Source of the DNA: Longivirga aurantiaca
GTDB lineage: Bacteria; Actinomycetota; Actinomycetes; S36-B12; CAIYMF01
NCBI RefSeq assembly: GCF_042660085.1
Contig: NZ_JBHSTI010000002.1
Coordinates: forward strand, 240,001-272,000
Direction of reading: 5' to 3'
DNA: 32,000 bases
Shown: one piece after another, positions 8,083-16,200 of the stretch
Position numbering within the stretch: position 1 is the first letter of the stretch
Layout of the letters: every line of letters begins with the position of its first letter
Made by a program: the position numbers and the translations under genes
Notes under the pieces: model-generated
What the model saw: the letters and a program-made list of their open reading frames with translations, nothing else
Databases searched by the model: none
What the model was told of the DNA's origin: nothing

Positions 8083-9251
8083 CGGCGTACCTCCCACTCG
8101 ACGCCGTCGGCGGTGTCGCGCACCTCCACGCCCGCCCCGGCCAGACCGTCGCGGATCGCGTCGCTGTCGGCCCAGCGCTTCTCGGCCCGAGCCGACGTGC
8201 GGAGCGTCAGGAGCACCTCGACCAGGGGCCGCACGGTCTCCGTGACGTCGACGGGCTCGCCCACGGCAGCGGCGGTACGTGCCAGCAGCGACCGCACCAC
8301 GCTGCGCTCGTCGTCGCTCGTCGCCATCCGGTCGAGCTCGCCGACCAGGGCGATCGCGCGGGCCACGTCGCCGTCCGAGAGCGCCGCCTCGACCGTGGAC
8401 GCGTCGAGGGCGTCGGCAGCCGGAGCAGCCACGGCGACCGGTGACGGGGCGCCGGAACCTGCGCCGTGCGAGGCGATCTCGTCGATCGTCGTGGTGTCTC
8501 CGGCGTTGAGGACCCACTCGTCGCCGTGCACGCGCACGACCACCGTTCCCTTGCCCACGACCTCGCAGACCCGCGAGTCGAGGTCGATCACGAGGCCGGT
8601 GTGCTCGTCGACTCCGAGCACGAACGCATCGTCCGGCAGCTGCGCCTCGAGCGCGACGAGGCGACGCTCGCCGAGCCAGCAGAAGCGGGTGTCGTGCGTG
8701 CCGCCCTCCGCGTTGTTCCAGTGCGGTACGACGGCCGCGCGCAGACCGGTGGCACGGCCCACGACGTCGAGCCCGTCGAGCCAGCGCGGCGTCTCGCCGA
8801 CCTTGTAGATCTCGTAGACCGGGATCGTGAGCAGCCCGAGCGTGAGGGCCGCCGCGCTCGCGAACGTGACGGCGCCGCCCTCGGCGAGCCGTGCGTGCAA
8901 AGCATCCGGCACCGCGCTGCCCGCCCACGTGCGCAGCGCGTACGACGGCGAGCCCGGGCCGGCGAAGATCCAGTCGGCAGCGCGGAGCCTCGCCATCTCC
9001 TCGGCGTGCTGCACGGGGTCCGGAGCGGGTGCCGAGCGGAAGCTGACCGCCTCGACCGTGCGGCCGACGCTCTCGCGGAAGTACTGCTGGGCCTTCTCGG
9101 TGAGCTCGTCGGCGTTCTCCTGGAAGCCGTACGGCGAGTCGAGGAGGACGGCACGGACGTCGGTGCCGAGCCTGGCGAAGGTCTTCTGATGCGGGGTGAC
9201 CATCGTCGGGCTGGTCTCGCCCGAGCCGAGGATCGTCAGGACACGGGTCAC
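8079..9251 (-). CDS. Peptidase-S51-like domain protein with a C-terminal CysRS/MshC-type helical domain
   Basis: RVLTILGSGETSPTM..., IFAGPGSPSYAL, VTFASAAALTLG, VVPHWNNAEGG, GVDEHTGLVID; C-terminus SARAEKRWADSDAIRDGLAGAGVEVRDTADGVEWEV resembles the cysteinyl-tRNA synthetase C-terminus. Confidence 0.75.
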   Translation of the reverse strand: MTRVLTILGSGETSPTMVTPHQKTFARLGTDVRAVLLDSPYGFQENADELTEKAQQYFRESVGRTVEAVSFRSAPAPDPVQHAEEMARLRAADWIFAGPGSPSYALRTWAGSAVPDALHARLAEGGAVTFASAAALTLGLLTIPVYEIYKVGETPRWLDGLDVVGRATGLRAAVVPHWNNAEGGTHDTRFCWLGERRLVALEAQLPDDAFVLGVDEHTGLVIDLDSRVCEVVGKGTVVVRVHGDEWVLNAGDTTTIDEIASHGAGSGAPSPVAVAAPAADALDASTVEAALSDGDVARAIALVGELDRMATSDDERSVVRSLLARTAAAVGEPVDVTETVRPLVEVLLTLRTSARAEKRWADSDAIRDGLAGAGVEVRDTADGVEWEVRR

Positions 9252-9331
9252 CCCGCGATCATCGCCCACGGGCGACGATCGTGCGTGCGCGCGGGGGAAG
9301 TGTTCACCGAGGGCGCAGCCTCCTGCGGCGG

Positions 9332-10042
9332 TCAGGCAAGTGCGAGCGACGTGCCGGTGACGCGCATGACGTAGTCGAAGAAGGTGTCGAGGTCGTTGAT
9401 CGTGTTGGTGAACTGGCCGTCGAGCTCGAGGCTGATGTGGCCGAAGAGCTGCGTGCGGGCCATGACGCCGCCCACCAGCATGGAGTCGGGGATCTCGTAG
9501 GGCAGGAAGTCCTTGAGGCCCTGCATGGACGCGGACACGGCCTCGGGCACCTCGGTCTCCGCCGGCGCGCGGCCGGCCTGGAGGGCGTCGCCCAGCACCT
9601 GGGTCAGCGTGATCGATACCCGGGTGCCGGGGCCGATGGTGTCCTCGGGCGCCTTGTAGCCGGGCACGGGCGAGCCGTAGATGAGCGCCCATTCCTGCGG
9701 GTGGGCGAGGGCCCAGTCGCGGGTCGCATGGCAGACGGCCATCCAGCGGCCCAGGTAGTCGTCGCGCGCGAACGCCGCATCGGCCTGCTCGGCGACATCC
9801 CCGACGGCGTTGTAGGCGTCGATGATCAGCCGGGTCAGGAGGTCGTCGCGGCTGGGGAAGTAGCGGTAGATCGCGCTGCTGACCATGCCCAGCTCGCGCG
9901 CGACGGCGCGGAGGCTGAGGCCCGACGGCCCCTCGGAGACGAGCTGACGGCGCGCTGCCTCGACGATCTCGCGGGTGAGCTCGGCGCGGGCCCGGGCGCG
10001 CGCCGTACGCGGGGCTGCCTCAGGTGCTGCGGACTCGGTCAC
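9332..10042 (-). CDS. TetR family transcriptional regulator
   Basis: N-terminal HTH IVEAARRQLVSEGPSGLSLRAVARELGMVSSAIYRYFPSRDDLLTRLI. Confidence 0.9.
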   Translation of the reverse strand: MTESAAPEAAPRTARARARAELTREIVEAARRQLVSEGPSGLSLRAVARELGMVSSAIYRYFPSRDDLLTRLIIDAYNAVGDVAEQADAAFARDDYLGRWMAVCHATRDWALAHPQEWALIYGSPVPGYKAPEDTIGPGTRVSITLTQVLGDALQAGRAPAETEVPEAVSASMQGLKDFLPYEIPDSMLVGGVMARTQLFGHISLELDGQFTNTINDLDTFFDYVMRVTGTSLALA

Positions 10043-10097
10043 GACGCCGATGATGCCACAGGAAGGAGAGCGGTGAGCACTTCTGTGAGCACCGATC

Positions 10098-10127
10098 TTG
10101 ACACATGGCAGTGCACCGCTCCATAGT
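10098..10127 (+). promoter_or_regulatory. Candidate sigma-A-type promoter of the epimerase gene
   Basis: Perfect TTGACA at 10098-10103 and CATAGT at 10122-10127, 18-nt spacer. Confidence 0.55.
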
Positions 10128-10176
10128 GTGAGCAGTGCTCTCGGAACGCGAGGGCAACGAGAGCCAGGAGCACCTC

Positions 10177-11121
10177 ATGAGCCGCACCCACCTCGTCGTC
10201 GGCGCCGGACCCATCGGGTCCGCCGTCGCCCGCCGCCTGCTCGCCGCCGGCGACACCGTCCGCGTCGTGACCCGGTCCGGCAGCGGCCCCGAGGGCACCG
10301 AGCGCATCGCCGCCGATGCCGCCGACGCCGACCGGATGGCGCAGCTCGCCACCGGTGCCGACGTCGTCTACAACTGCGTGAACCCGCAGTACCACCGCTG
10401 GGTCACCGACTGGCCGCCGGTCGCCGCTGCGCTGCTCGGGGCCGCCGAGAAGTCCGGCGCGGTGCTCGTGACGACGGCGAACCTGTACGGCTACGGCCCG
10501 GTCGACCGGCCGATGACCGAGGACCTGCCGCTCGCCGGCACCTACTCCAAGGCCCAGGTGCGCAACCGGATGTGGCTCGACGCGCTCGCCGCCCACGAGG
10601 CCGGGCGCGTGCGCGTCACCGAGGCGCGCGGCGCCGACTACATCGGGCCGGGTGCGGAGAGCCACCTGGGCGACCGCGTCCTGCCGAAGCTGCTGGCAGG
10701 GAAGAAGGTCTCGGTGATGGCGAGCCTCGACTCGACACACACGTGGACCTACACCGAGGACATGGCCGCGACGCTCGTGGCCCTCGGCGCCGACGAGCGC
10801 GCCTGGGGCCGGCCGTGGCACGTGCCGAGCGCGCTCACGATGAGCCAGCGCGAGGCGATCACCGAGCTCGCGCGTCTCGCCGGCGTCGCGACGCCGAAGA
10901 TGGGGGAGTACCCCGCCTGGATGATCAGGGCCATGGGCGTCTTCAGCCCGCTGATGCGCGAGCTGCCCGACGTCGCGTACCAGATGACGGACGACTTCGT
11001 CCTCGACTCGAGCGCCGCCCAGCGCGAGCTCGGCCTGGTGCCGACGCCGGCCGCCGACGTGCTCGCTGCCCACCTCGCGCCGTACCTCGCGACGCCGAAC
11101 GCCGCCCAGCACGCCGCCTGA
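10177..11121 (+). CDS. NAD-dependent epimerase/dehydratase family protein
   Basis: MSRTHLVVGAGPIGSAVARRLLAAGDTVRVVTRSG, NAD-binding Rossmann motif; AGGAG ribosome-binding site before the ATG. Confidence 0.85.
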   Translation: MSRTHLVVGAGPIGSAVARRLLAAGDTVRVVTRSGSGPEGTERIAADAADADRMAQLATGADVVYNCVNPQYHRWVTDWPPVAAALLGAAEKSGAVLVTTANLYGYGPVDRPMTEDLPLAGTYSKAQVRNRMWLDALAAHEAGRVRVTEARGADYIGPGAESHLGDRVLPKLLAGKKVSVMASLDSTHTWTYTEDMAATLVALGADERAWGRPWHVPSALTMSQREAITELARLAGVATPKMGEYPAWMIRAMGVFSPLMRELPDVAYQMTDDFVLDSSAAQRELGLVPTPAADVLAAHLAPYLATPNAAQHAA

Positions 11122-11247
11122 CGGACGCGAGTTGCTGCCCGAATGCGCGTTGAAGGCTCGGCTTCAGCGACGATGTGGGCAGTAACTCGGAGGACCTGAG
11201 CGCGCGTCCGGGGGTCGTACGGCGATCGCGTGTGGGAGCGTGCGGCG

Positions 11248-12468
11248 GTGAGCACACCGACCTCGGGCACCGGAACGGCGACACATCCGCTCGACCTGAC
11301 GCGGGCTCGTCTCGCCGTCACGGTCGCGTTCGTCGTGCAGGGCGTGTGCTTCGCCGCGCTGGTCACGCGCATCCCCACGCTGCAGTCGCGCTTCGACCTC
11401 TCCGACGGCGAGCTCGGCCTCATGGTCGGGCTCGTGCCGATCGTGGCCGGGATCGGCAGCGTGGTCGCCGGTGCGCTGTCGCCGAGGCACGGCAGCCGGA
11501 TCGTGCTCCGCGTCATGGGCCCGGTGACGCCGCTCGGTCTCGTGGTCATCGGGTTCGCGCAGAGCATCCCGATGCTCATCCTCGGCATGGTGGTCGTCGG
11601 CATCGGGCTCGGCTCGGTCGACGCCTCGATGAACATCCAGGGCGTGCGCGTGCAGGACGACCTCGGGCACAGCGTCGTCGCGTCGTACTACGCCGCGTTC
11701 AGCCTCGCCGGGCTCGTGGGCGCGGTGCTCGCCTCCTTCGCCGCCGACTCCGCCCTCTCGCTCGGCGGCTTCTTCCTCGCCATCGCGGTCGTCGTGGTCC
11801 CGTTCCAGCTGCTCGTAGGGCGCCTGCTCCTGCCCGGCCACCCGACCCCCGACGTGGTGCAGTCGGAGAAGGGCCACATCAGCTGGCGTCCGGTGATCCT
11901 GGTCGGCATCGCGCTCATGTGCGTCTACATCGCCGACTCCGGCGCCTCCAACTGGAGCGCCGTCTACCTCAACGACGGCCTCGGCAGCAGCGAGAGCACC
12001 GCCGCCCTGGCCTACGGCGTGTACGCGTTCATGACCATGGTCGGCCGCATCGTCGTCGACCGGTACGTCGACCGCATCGGCCCGGTGCCGCTCGTGCGGA
12101 TCGGTGGGTTCATCGCGGTGGCCGCAGCCCTCGCCCTCGCCGTCGCGCCGTCACCGGCGCTCGCGCTCGTCGCGTTCGGCATCCTCGGCCTCGGCATCTG
12201 CCCCGCGATCCCGCTCGCCTTCTCCGCGGCCGCCTCGCACGACAAGGCCGCGAGCGGCGTGGCCGTCGCCCGCGTCAACGTCTTCAACTACGCGGGTTTC
12301 GTGGTCGGCGCGCCGCTCATCGGTGGGATCGCCGAGGGGGTGGGCCTGCGCTGGGCGTTCGCCGCCCTCGTGCCCGTGCTGCTCGTCGTCCCGCTGCTGG
12401 CGGGCTGGTTCCGGATCGCGCCGCACGAGGCGCCCGACACCGTCGTCGACGGCGCCGTCACCGCCTGA
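11248..12468 (+). CDS. MFS transporter (GTG start at 11248; an alternative in-frame GTG lies at 11230)
   Basis: VSTPTSGTGTATHPLDLTRARLAVTVAFVVQGVCFAALVTRIPTLQSRFDLSDGELGLMV; multiple transmembrane helices; MFS pattern YVDRIGPVPLVRIG. Confidence 0.85.
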   Translation: MSTPTSGTGTATHPLDLTRARLAVTVAFVVQGVCFAALVTRIPTLQSRFDLSDGELGLMVGLVPIVAGIGSVVAGALSPRHGSRIVLRVMGPVTPLGLVVIGFAQSIPMLILGMVVVGIGLGSVDASMNIQGVRVQDDLGHSVVASYYAAFSLAGLVGAVLASFAADSALSLGGFFLAIAVVVVPFQLLVGRLLLPGHPTPDVVQSEKGHISWRPVILVGIALMCVYIADSGASNWSAVYLNDGLGSSESTAALAYGVYAFMTMVGRIVVDRYVDRIGPVPLVRIGGFIAVAAALALAVAPSPALALVAFGILGLGICPAIPLAFSAAASHDKAASGVAVARVNVFNYAGFVVGAPLIGGIAEGVGLRWAFAALVPVLLVVPLLAGWFRIAPHEAPDTVVDGAVTA

Positions 12469-12526
12469 GCCGACACAGCCGCGAATCGGCTGCGAGCGTC
12501 GTCGCGCGGCTGCCACCATCACGCTC

Positions 12527-12892
12527 ATGGGGATGCAGACGCAGGTGACCGAGGCCCGGCTCGTCAACTCGAGGGCGGGCCTGACGCAGCGTCGGCTGCT
12601 CGTGGCCGCCTGGGTCATGGCCGCGCTGCTCGCCGCCCTCGTCGTTGCCCTGCTGGTGCAGGGAGCGCGCCTCGCCGAGCTGGAGAGGTCCGTGCAGCAG
12701 TCGACGCAGTCCGGCGGCTTCAGCGGCAGCGACGCCTCGACCTCGATGCAGCTCGACCAGGTCTGCCGCCTGCTCGGCGCGGTGGCGCAGAAGGACGGCG
12801 TCCCTCTCGCGGCCGTGTTCGACGGAGAGACGATGTCCACCTGCGAGGCGGCAGCCGGCAAGGGCGCCTCGGCAGTCCGCGCCGCCGGCTGA
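12527..12892 (+). CDS. Small single-TM hypothetical protein
   Basis: MGMQTQVTEARLVNSRAGLTQRRLLVAAWVMAALLAALVVALLVQGARLAELERSVQQ...; one hydrophobic helix and a soluble tail; ends just before the terminator. Confidence 0.55.
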   Translation: MGMQTQVTEARLVNSRAGLTQRRLLVAAWVMAALLAALVVALLVQGARLAELERSVQQSTQSGGFSGSDASTSMQLDQVCRLLGAVAQKDGVPLAAVFDGETMSTCEAAAGKGASAVRAAG

Positions 12893-12908
12893 TCAGAGCC
12901 TGAACGCG

Positions 12909-12939
12909 ACAGCCCCCGCCTCGGTGAGGCGGGGGCTGT
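12909..12939. terminator. Bidirectional intrinsic-terminator-like hairpin
   Basis: Perfect 14-bp stem ACAGCCCCCGCCTC-GGT-GAGGCGGGGGCTGT between convergent genes. Confidence 0.85.
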
Positions 12940-12955
12940 CGGACGTTCGGGGCGG

Positions 12956-14206
12956 TCAGGCCTGACGGGACTCGCGCGCCGTGCGCGAGCCGGTGAGCTC
13001 GGCGAGCTTCACCGAGCCGGGCTCGACCTCGTGCTCCTCGGCGGAGACGCCGGCCTTCTCGTGCAGGCGCTGCATGCCCTTGCGCTGGTTGCGCAGCACG
13101 AGGGTGACGACGCGGCCCTCGGCACCGGCGCGCGCCGTACGGCCGGCACGGTGCAGGTAGGCCTTGGGGTCCTCCGGCGGGTCGACGTGGACGACCAGCG
13201 AGATGTCGTCGACGTGGATGCCGCGGGCGGCGACGTCGGTGGCGACGAGGACGTCGATGCGCCCCTCCTTGAACTCCGCCATCGTGCGCGTGCGCGCGTT
13301 CTGGCTCATGCCGCCGTGCAGGGCGCGGGCGTTCACGCCGCGGTCGGCGATGTTGCCGGCCACGCGCTCGGCGCCGAGCTGCGACCGGACGAACATGATC
13401 GTGCGGCCGTCGCGGCGCGCGATCTCGGTGGCGACGACTGCCTTGTCCTCGCGGTTCACGACGAGCACGTGGTGCTCCATCGTGTCGACCGGCGAGGTCT
13501 CGGCGTCGAGCTCGTGGCGCACCGGCTCGTGCATGTGCTCGCGGACGATGGTGTCGACGTCGCCGTCGAGGGTCGCGGAGAAGAGCAGCGTCTGCGCCGC
13601 GGGGGAGCAGAGCTCGAGCAGCGCGGTGACCTCGGGCAGGAAGCCCATGTCGCACATCTGGTCGGCCTCGTCGAGCACGACCATCTCGACGTCGTCGAGG
13701 AGGCACTCGCCCTGGCGGATCAGGTCGGCGATGCGGCCCGGGGTGGCGACGAGGACGTCGACGCCGCGGCGCAGCGCGTAGACCTGCTTCTCCATCGAGG
13801 TGCCGCCGACGACGGTCTTGAAGTGCAGGCCGAGCGAGCGGCCGAGGGGCTCGAGCGCGTCGTTGACCTGCATGGCGAGCTCGCGCGTCGGCACGAGGAT
13901 CACGGCGCGGGGGTGCTTCGGCTGCGCAGGCATGCCCGCGATGCGGGCGATGAGCGGGAGGCCGAAGGCGAGGGTCTTGCCCGAGCCCGTGCTGCCGCGG
14001 CCGAGCAGGTCGTTGCCGGCGAGGGCGTCCGGGATGGTCTCGGCCTGGATCGGGAACGGCGAGGCGATGCCGGCCTTGAGCAGCGCGGCGACGAGCGGCG
14101 CGGGCAGGCCCAGCGACGCGAACGTGGGGGCGCTGTCGACCTCGACGGCGGGGGCGGAGGGGTCGGAGACGACGGCATGCGTCGTACGGTCGAGCAGGGT
14201 GGTCAC
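12956..14206 (-). CDS. DEAD/DEAH-box ATP-dependent RNA helicase
   Basis: TFASLGLPAPLVAALLKAGIASPFPIQAETIP (Q motif), STGSGKT, PTRELA, DEADQM, SATLDG, HRAGRTARAG. Confidence 0.93.
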   Translation of the reverse strand: MTTLLDRTTHAVVSDPSAPAVEVDSAPTFASLGLPAPLVAALLKAGIASPFPIQAETIPDALAGNDLLGRGSTGSGKTLAFGLPLIARIAGMPAQPKHPRAVILVPTRELAMQVNDALEPLGRSLGLHFKTVVGGTSMEKQVYALRRGVDVLVATPGRIADLIRQGECLLDDVEMVVLDEADQMCDMGFLPEVTALLELCSPAAQTLLFSATLDGDVDTIVREHMHEPVRHELDAETSPVDTMEHHVLVVNREDKAVVATEIARRDGRTIMFVRSQLGAERVAGNIADRGVNARALHGGMSQNARTRTMAEFKEGRIDVLVATDVAARGIHVDDISLVVHVDPPEDPKAYLHRAGRTARAGAEGRVVTLVLRNQRKGMQRLHEKAGVSAEEHEVEPGSVKLAELTGSRTARESRQA

Positions 14207-14421
14207 GGGGTATCCAGACGGGTTCATCGAGCGCGGTCGCGTCAATGAAAGTCTTCCCAGGTGACGCGGAGTGATCACCACGGTAGCGGGTGACCCCCGG
14301 ATCGACCGAATCGTGCTCAGCCGCCGTACGCCGCCGAGCACCCGCCGTGAGCACGGTTCCCGCGGGAACGGGAGACGGAGGTCACCCGCGCGGAGCACGC
14401 CCGGAGGAGCAGAGTAGGGGC

Positions 14422-14607
14422 ATGGCGAAGAACAGCAGCACGGGTGCAGGCGCCGGCGGCGGCGCGGTCTACGGCCTCGGCCTCATCGGCGCGGCGGTCT
14501 GGTACTGGCAGCAGGCGGACGGCTTCGGCGGCCACATCGTGGGCCTGCTCAAGGCCCTGGTCTGGCCGGCGTTCGTGGTCTACGACCTCCTGGCCCACAT
14601 CTCCTAG
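14422..14607 (+). CDS. Very small hydrophobic protein (61 aa)
   Basis: MAKNSSTGAGAGGGAVYGLGLIGAAVWYWQQADGFGGHIVGLLKALVWPAFVVYDLLAHIS, preceded by GGAGGAG; Gly-rich N-terminus and two hydrophobic stretches. Confidence 0.75.
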   Translation: MAKNSSTGAGAGGGAVYGLGLIGAAVWYWQQADGFGGHIVGLLKALVWPAFVVYDLLAHIS

Positions 14608-14666
14608 GGCTACCCGGGTAAGCAGAGTGCGCTCTACCGCACGGTGGTTACCCGGGTAACGCGGAG

Positions 14667-16160
14667 TCAGCTGCGGGACAGGACGCCGAGGGCGGCGGCG
14701 ATGCCGAGCACGCTGCGCGGCGCGTACGCCGAGCGCCACAGCCCGCCGTGCGCGGCCTGCCGCGCCCAGGCGTCGTCCGGGTGCGCGAGCACGGCGTCTG
14801 GACGGGCGAGCGACTCGGTCGAGCGCAGGTCGTGCACGAGCAGAGCGGCCATGAGCGTGTTCGACGTCGACGGCTCGAAGATCTCGACGCCGAAGCGGTG
14901 CGCACCGGCGTACGCCGCCGCGAGCGCGCGGTTCTTCACCACCGATCTGGTGCGGGTGGCAGGCGCGATGTTGAGCGAGGTCCAGACGCCATCTCGTCGG
15001 GACTGCGTCGCGCGCCAGCGCTGCAGCCGCTTGGCCAGCGCGTAGTTGGGGCCCTGCTGCGGCACGAGGCAGTCGGCGATGCCGATCTCGCCGCGCTCGG
15101 TCTGCACGGTGTCGGGGTAGTTCGGCGCGAACCGGCCGACCGCGCGCAGCGGCAGCTGGGCGATGCCGCTGAGACCGCGCCCCTCCCACCGGCGGCGCGA
15201 CTCCTCGACCGCGGTGAGCGGCACGGCGTACACGTCGGTCGGCGTGGCCAGGAACGCGAGACCGACGTCGGCGCGCGCCGCGGTCAGCGACGCCCCCAGC
15301 GCGTCCGCGGCGAGGGCGACGCGGACGTGCATCGCGCCGTCGGCGTACGTGTAGGTGCCCAGGGTGAACGGACCCTCGAGCGTGCTGAGCCAGGTGCGCG
15401 CCTCGGGGAGCCGCCGCACGAGGTCGATGCCGGCCACCGCCGCGAGCTCGTCGTCGTCGGAGGGTGTTGCACCGAGCGGCACCGGGATGGTGAGCGTTCC
15501 GGCCGACGAGCGCGCGGTCGCGATCACACGCGCCCAGACGTCGGGACGTGGGAGATCAACGGCGACGACGTGCGCCCCCCAGCGGAGCAGGGAGCGCAGC
15601 GGCCCCATCTCCGCGCCAGCACCCAGCACCACGACCGTGACGCCGCTGAGGTCGAGCCAGTCGGGGTGGTCGAGGACGGTGTGCACCGAGGTGGCGAGCC
15701 CGCGCTCGACGATGCCCTCGTGCACCCACGAGTCGAGCTGGCGCCGTACGTCGACCGCGAAGAGCCGCTTGCCGTGGAACGGCATCGTGAGCCCGGGATC
15801 GAGGCCGGCGTCGCCGGTGATCGTCACCGACGAGTACGCCGGCTCCGTCCAGCGGGCGCAGGCGTCCAGCAGAGGCACCTGCTCGCCGTCGCGCCGGAAC
15901 ACCGAGCGGGCATGCAGCGCGGCGAGGCCGGTGCGGGCCACGGCGTCGGCGGCGTCGGCCGTCCTCGTGCCGGCGACGACGAGGTCGCGGTACGGCGCGA
16001 GATAGCCCGAACGCCACTCGCGCACCGCCGCACTGCGCGCCGCGGCGTCGGGGTCGATCGCTCCGAGGGCCTCGCCGACCACGGCTTTGGCCACGGCGGA
16101 CGTGCTGACGCGCCCGTCCGGGCCTGCTGCGAGGTCGACGCCGTCGTCGTGGTCGGTCAC
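14667..16160 (-). CDS. Conserved-looking protein of unknown function with a Rossmann-like motif (498 codons)
   Basis: GVTVVVLGAGAEMGPLRSLLRWGAHVVAVDLPRPDVW; long open frame with coding-like composition; GTG start VTDHDDGVDLAAG. Confidence 0.7.
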   Translation of the reverse strand: MTDHDDGVDLAAGPDGRVSTSAVAKAVVGEALGAIDPDAAARSAAVREWRSGYLAPYRDLVVAGTRTADAADAVARTGLAALHARSVFRRDGEQVPLLDACARWTEPAYSSVTITGDAGLDPGLTMPFHGKRLFAVDVRRQLDSWVHEGIVERGLATSVHTVLDHPDWLDLSGVTVVVLGAGAEMGPLRSLLRWGAHVVAVDLPRPDVWARVIATARSSAGTLTIPVPLGATPSDDDELAAVAGIDLVRRLPEARTWLSTLEGPFTLGTYTYADGAMHVRVALAADALGASLTAARADVGLAFLATPTDVYAVPLTAVEESRRRWEGRGLSGIAQLPLRAVGRFAPNYPDTVQTERGEIGIADCLVPQQGPNYALAKRLQRWRATQSRRDGVWTSLNIAPATRTRSVVKNRALAAAYAGAHRFGVEIFEPSTSNTLMAALLVHDLRSTESLARPDAVLAHPDDAWARQAAHGGLWRSAYAPRSVLGIAAALGVLSRS

Positions 16161-16200
16161 GGTCCGATCCAACCAGCCGCGCGGGTGCGATGCAGCGAGG

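Noticed and set aside
13031-14248. 405-aa plus-strand ORF opposite the DEAD-box helicase.
   Set aside because: Antisense shadow of a strongly supported gene.
14611-14660. On the minus strand GTTACCCGGGTAACCACCGTGCGGTAGAGCGCACTCTGCTTACCCGGGTAG looks partly like a tRNA D-arm (GGTAGAGC).
   Set aside because: Only ~50 bp before the small gene's stop, with no acceptor stem, anticodon arm or TTCRA T-arm; the similarity is local.
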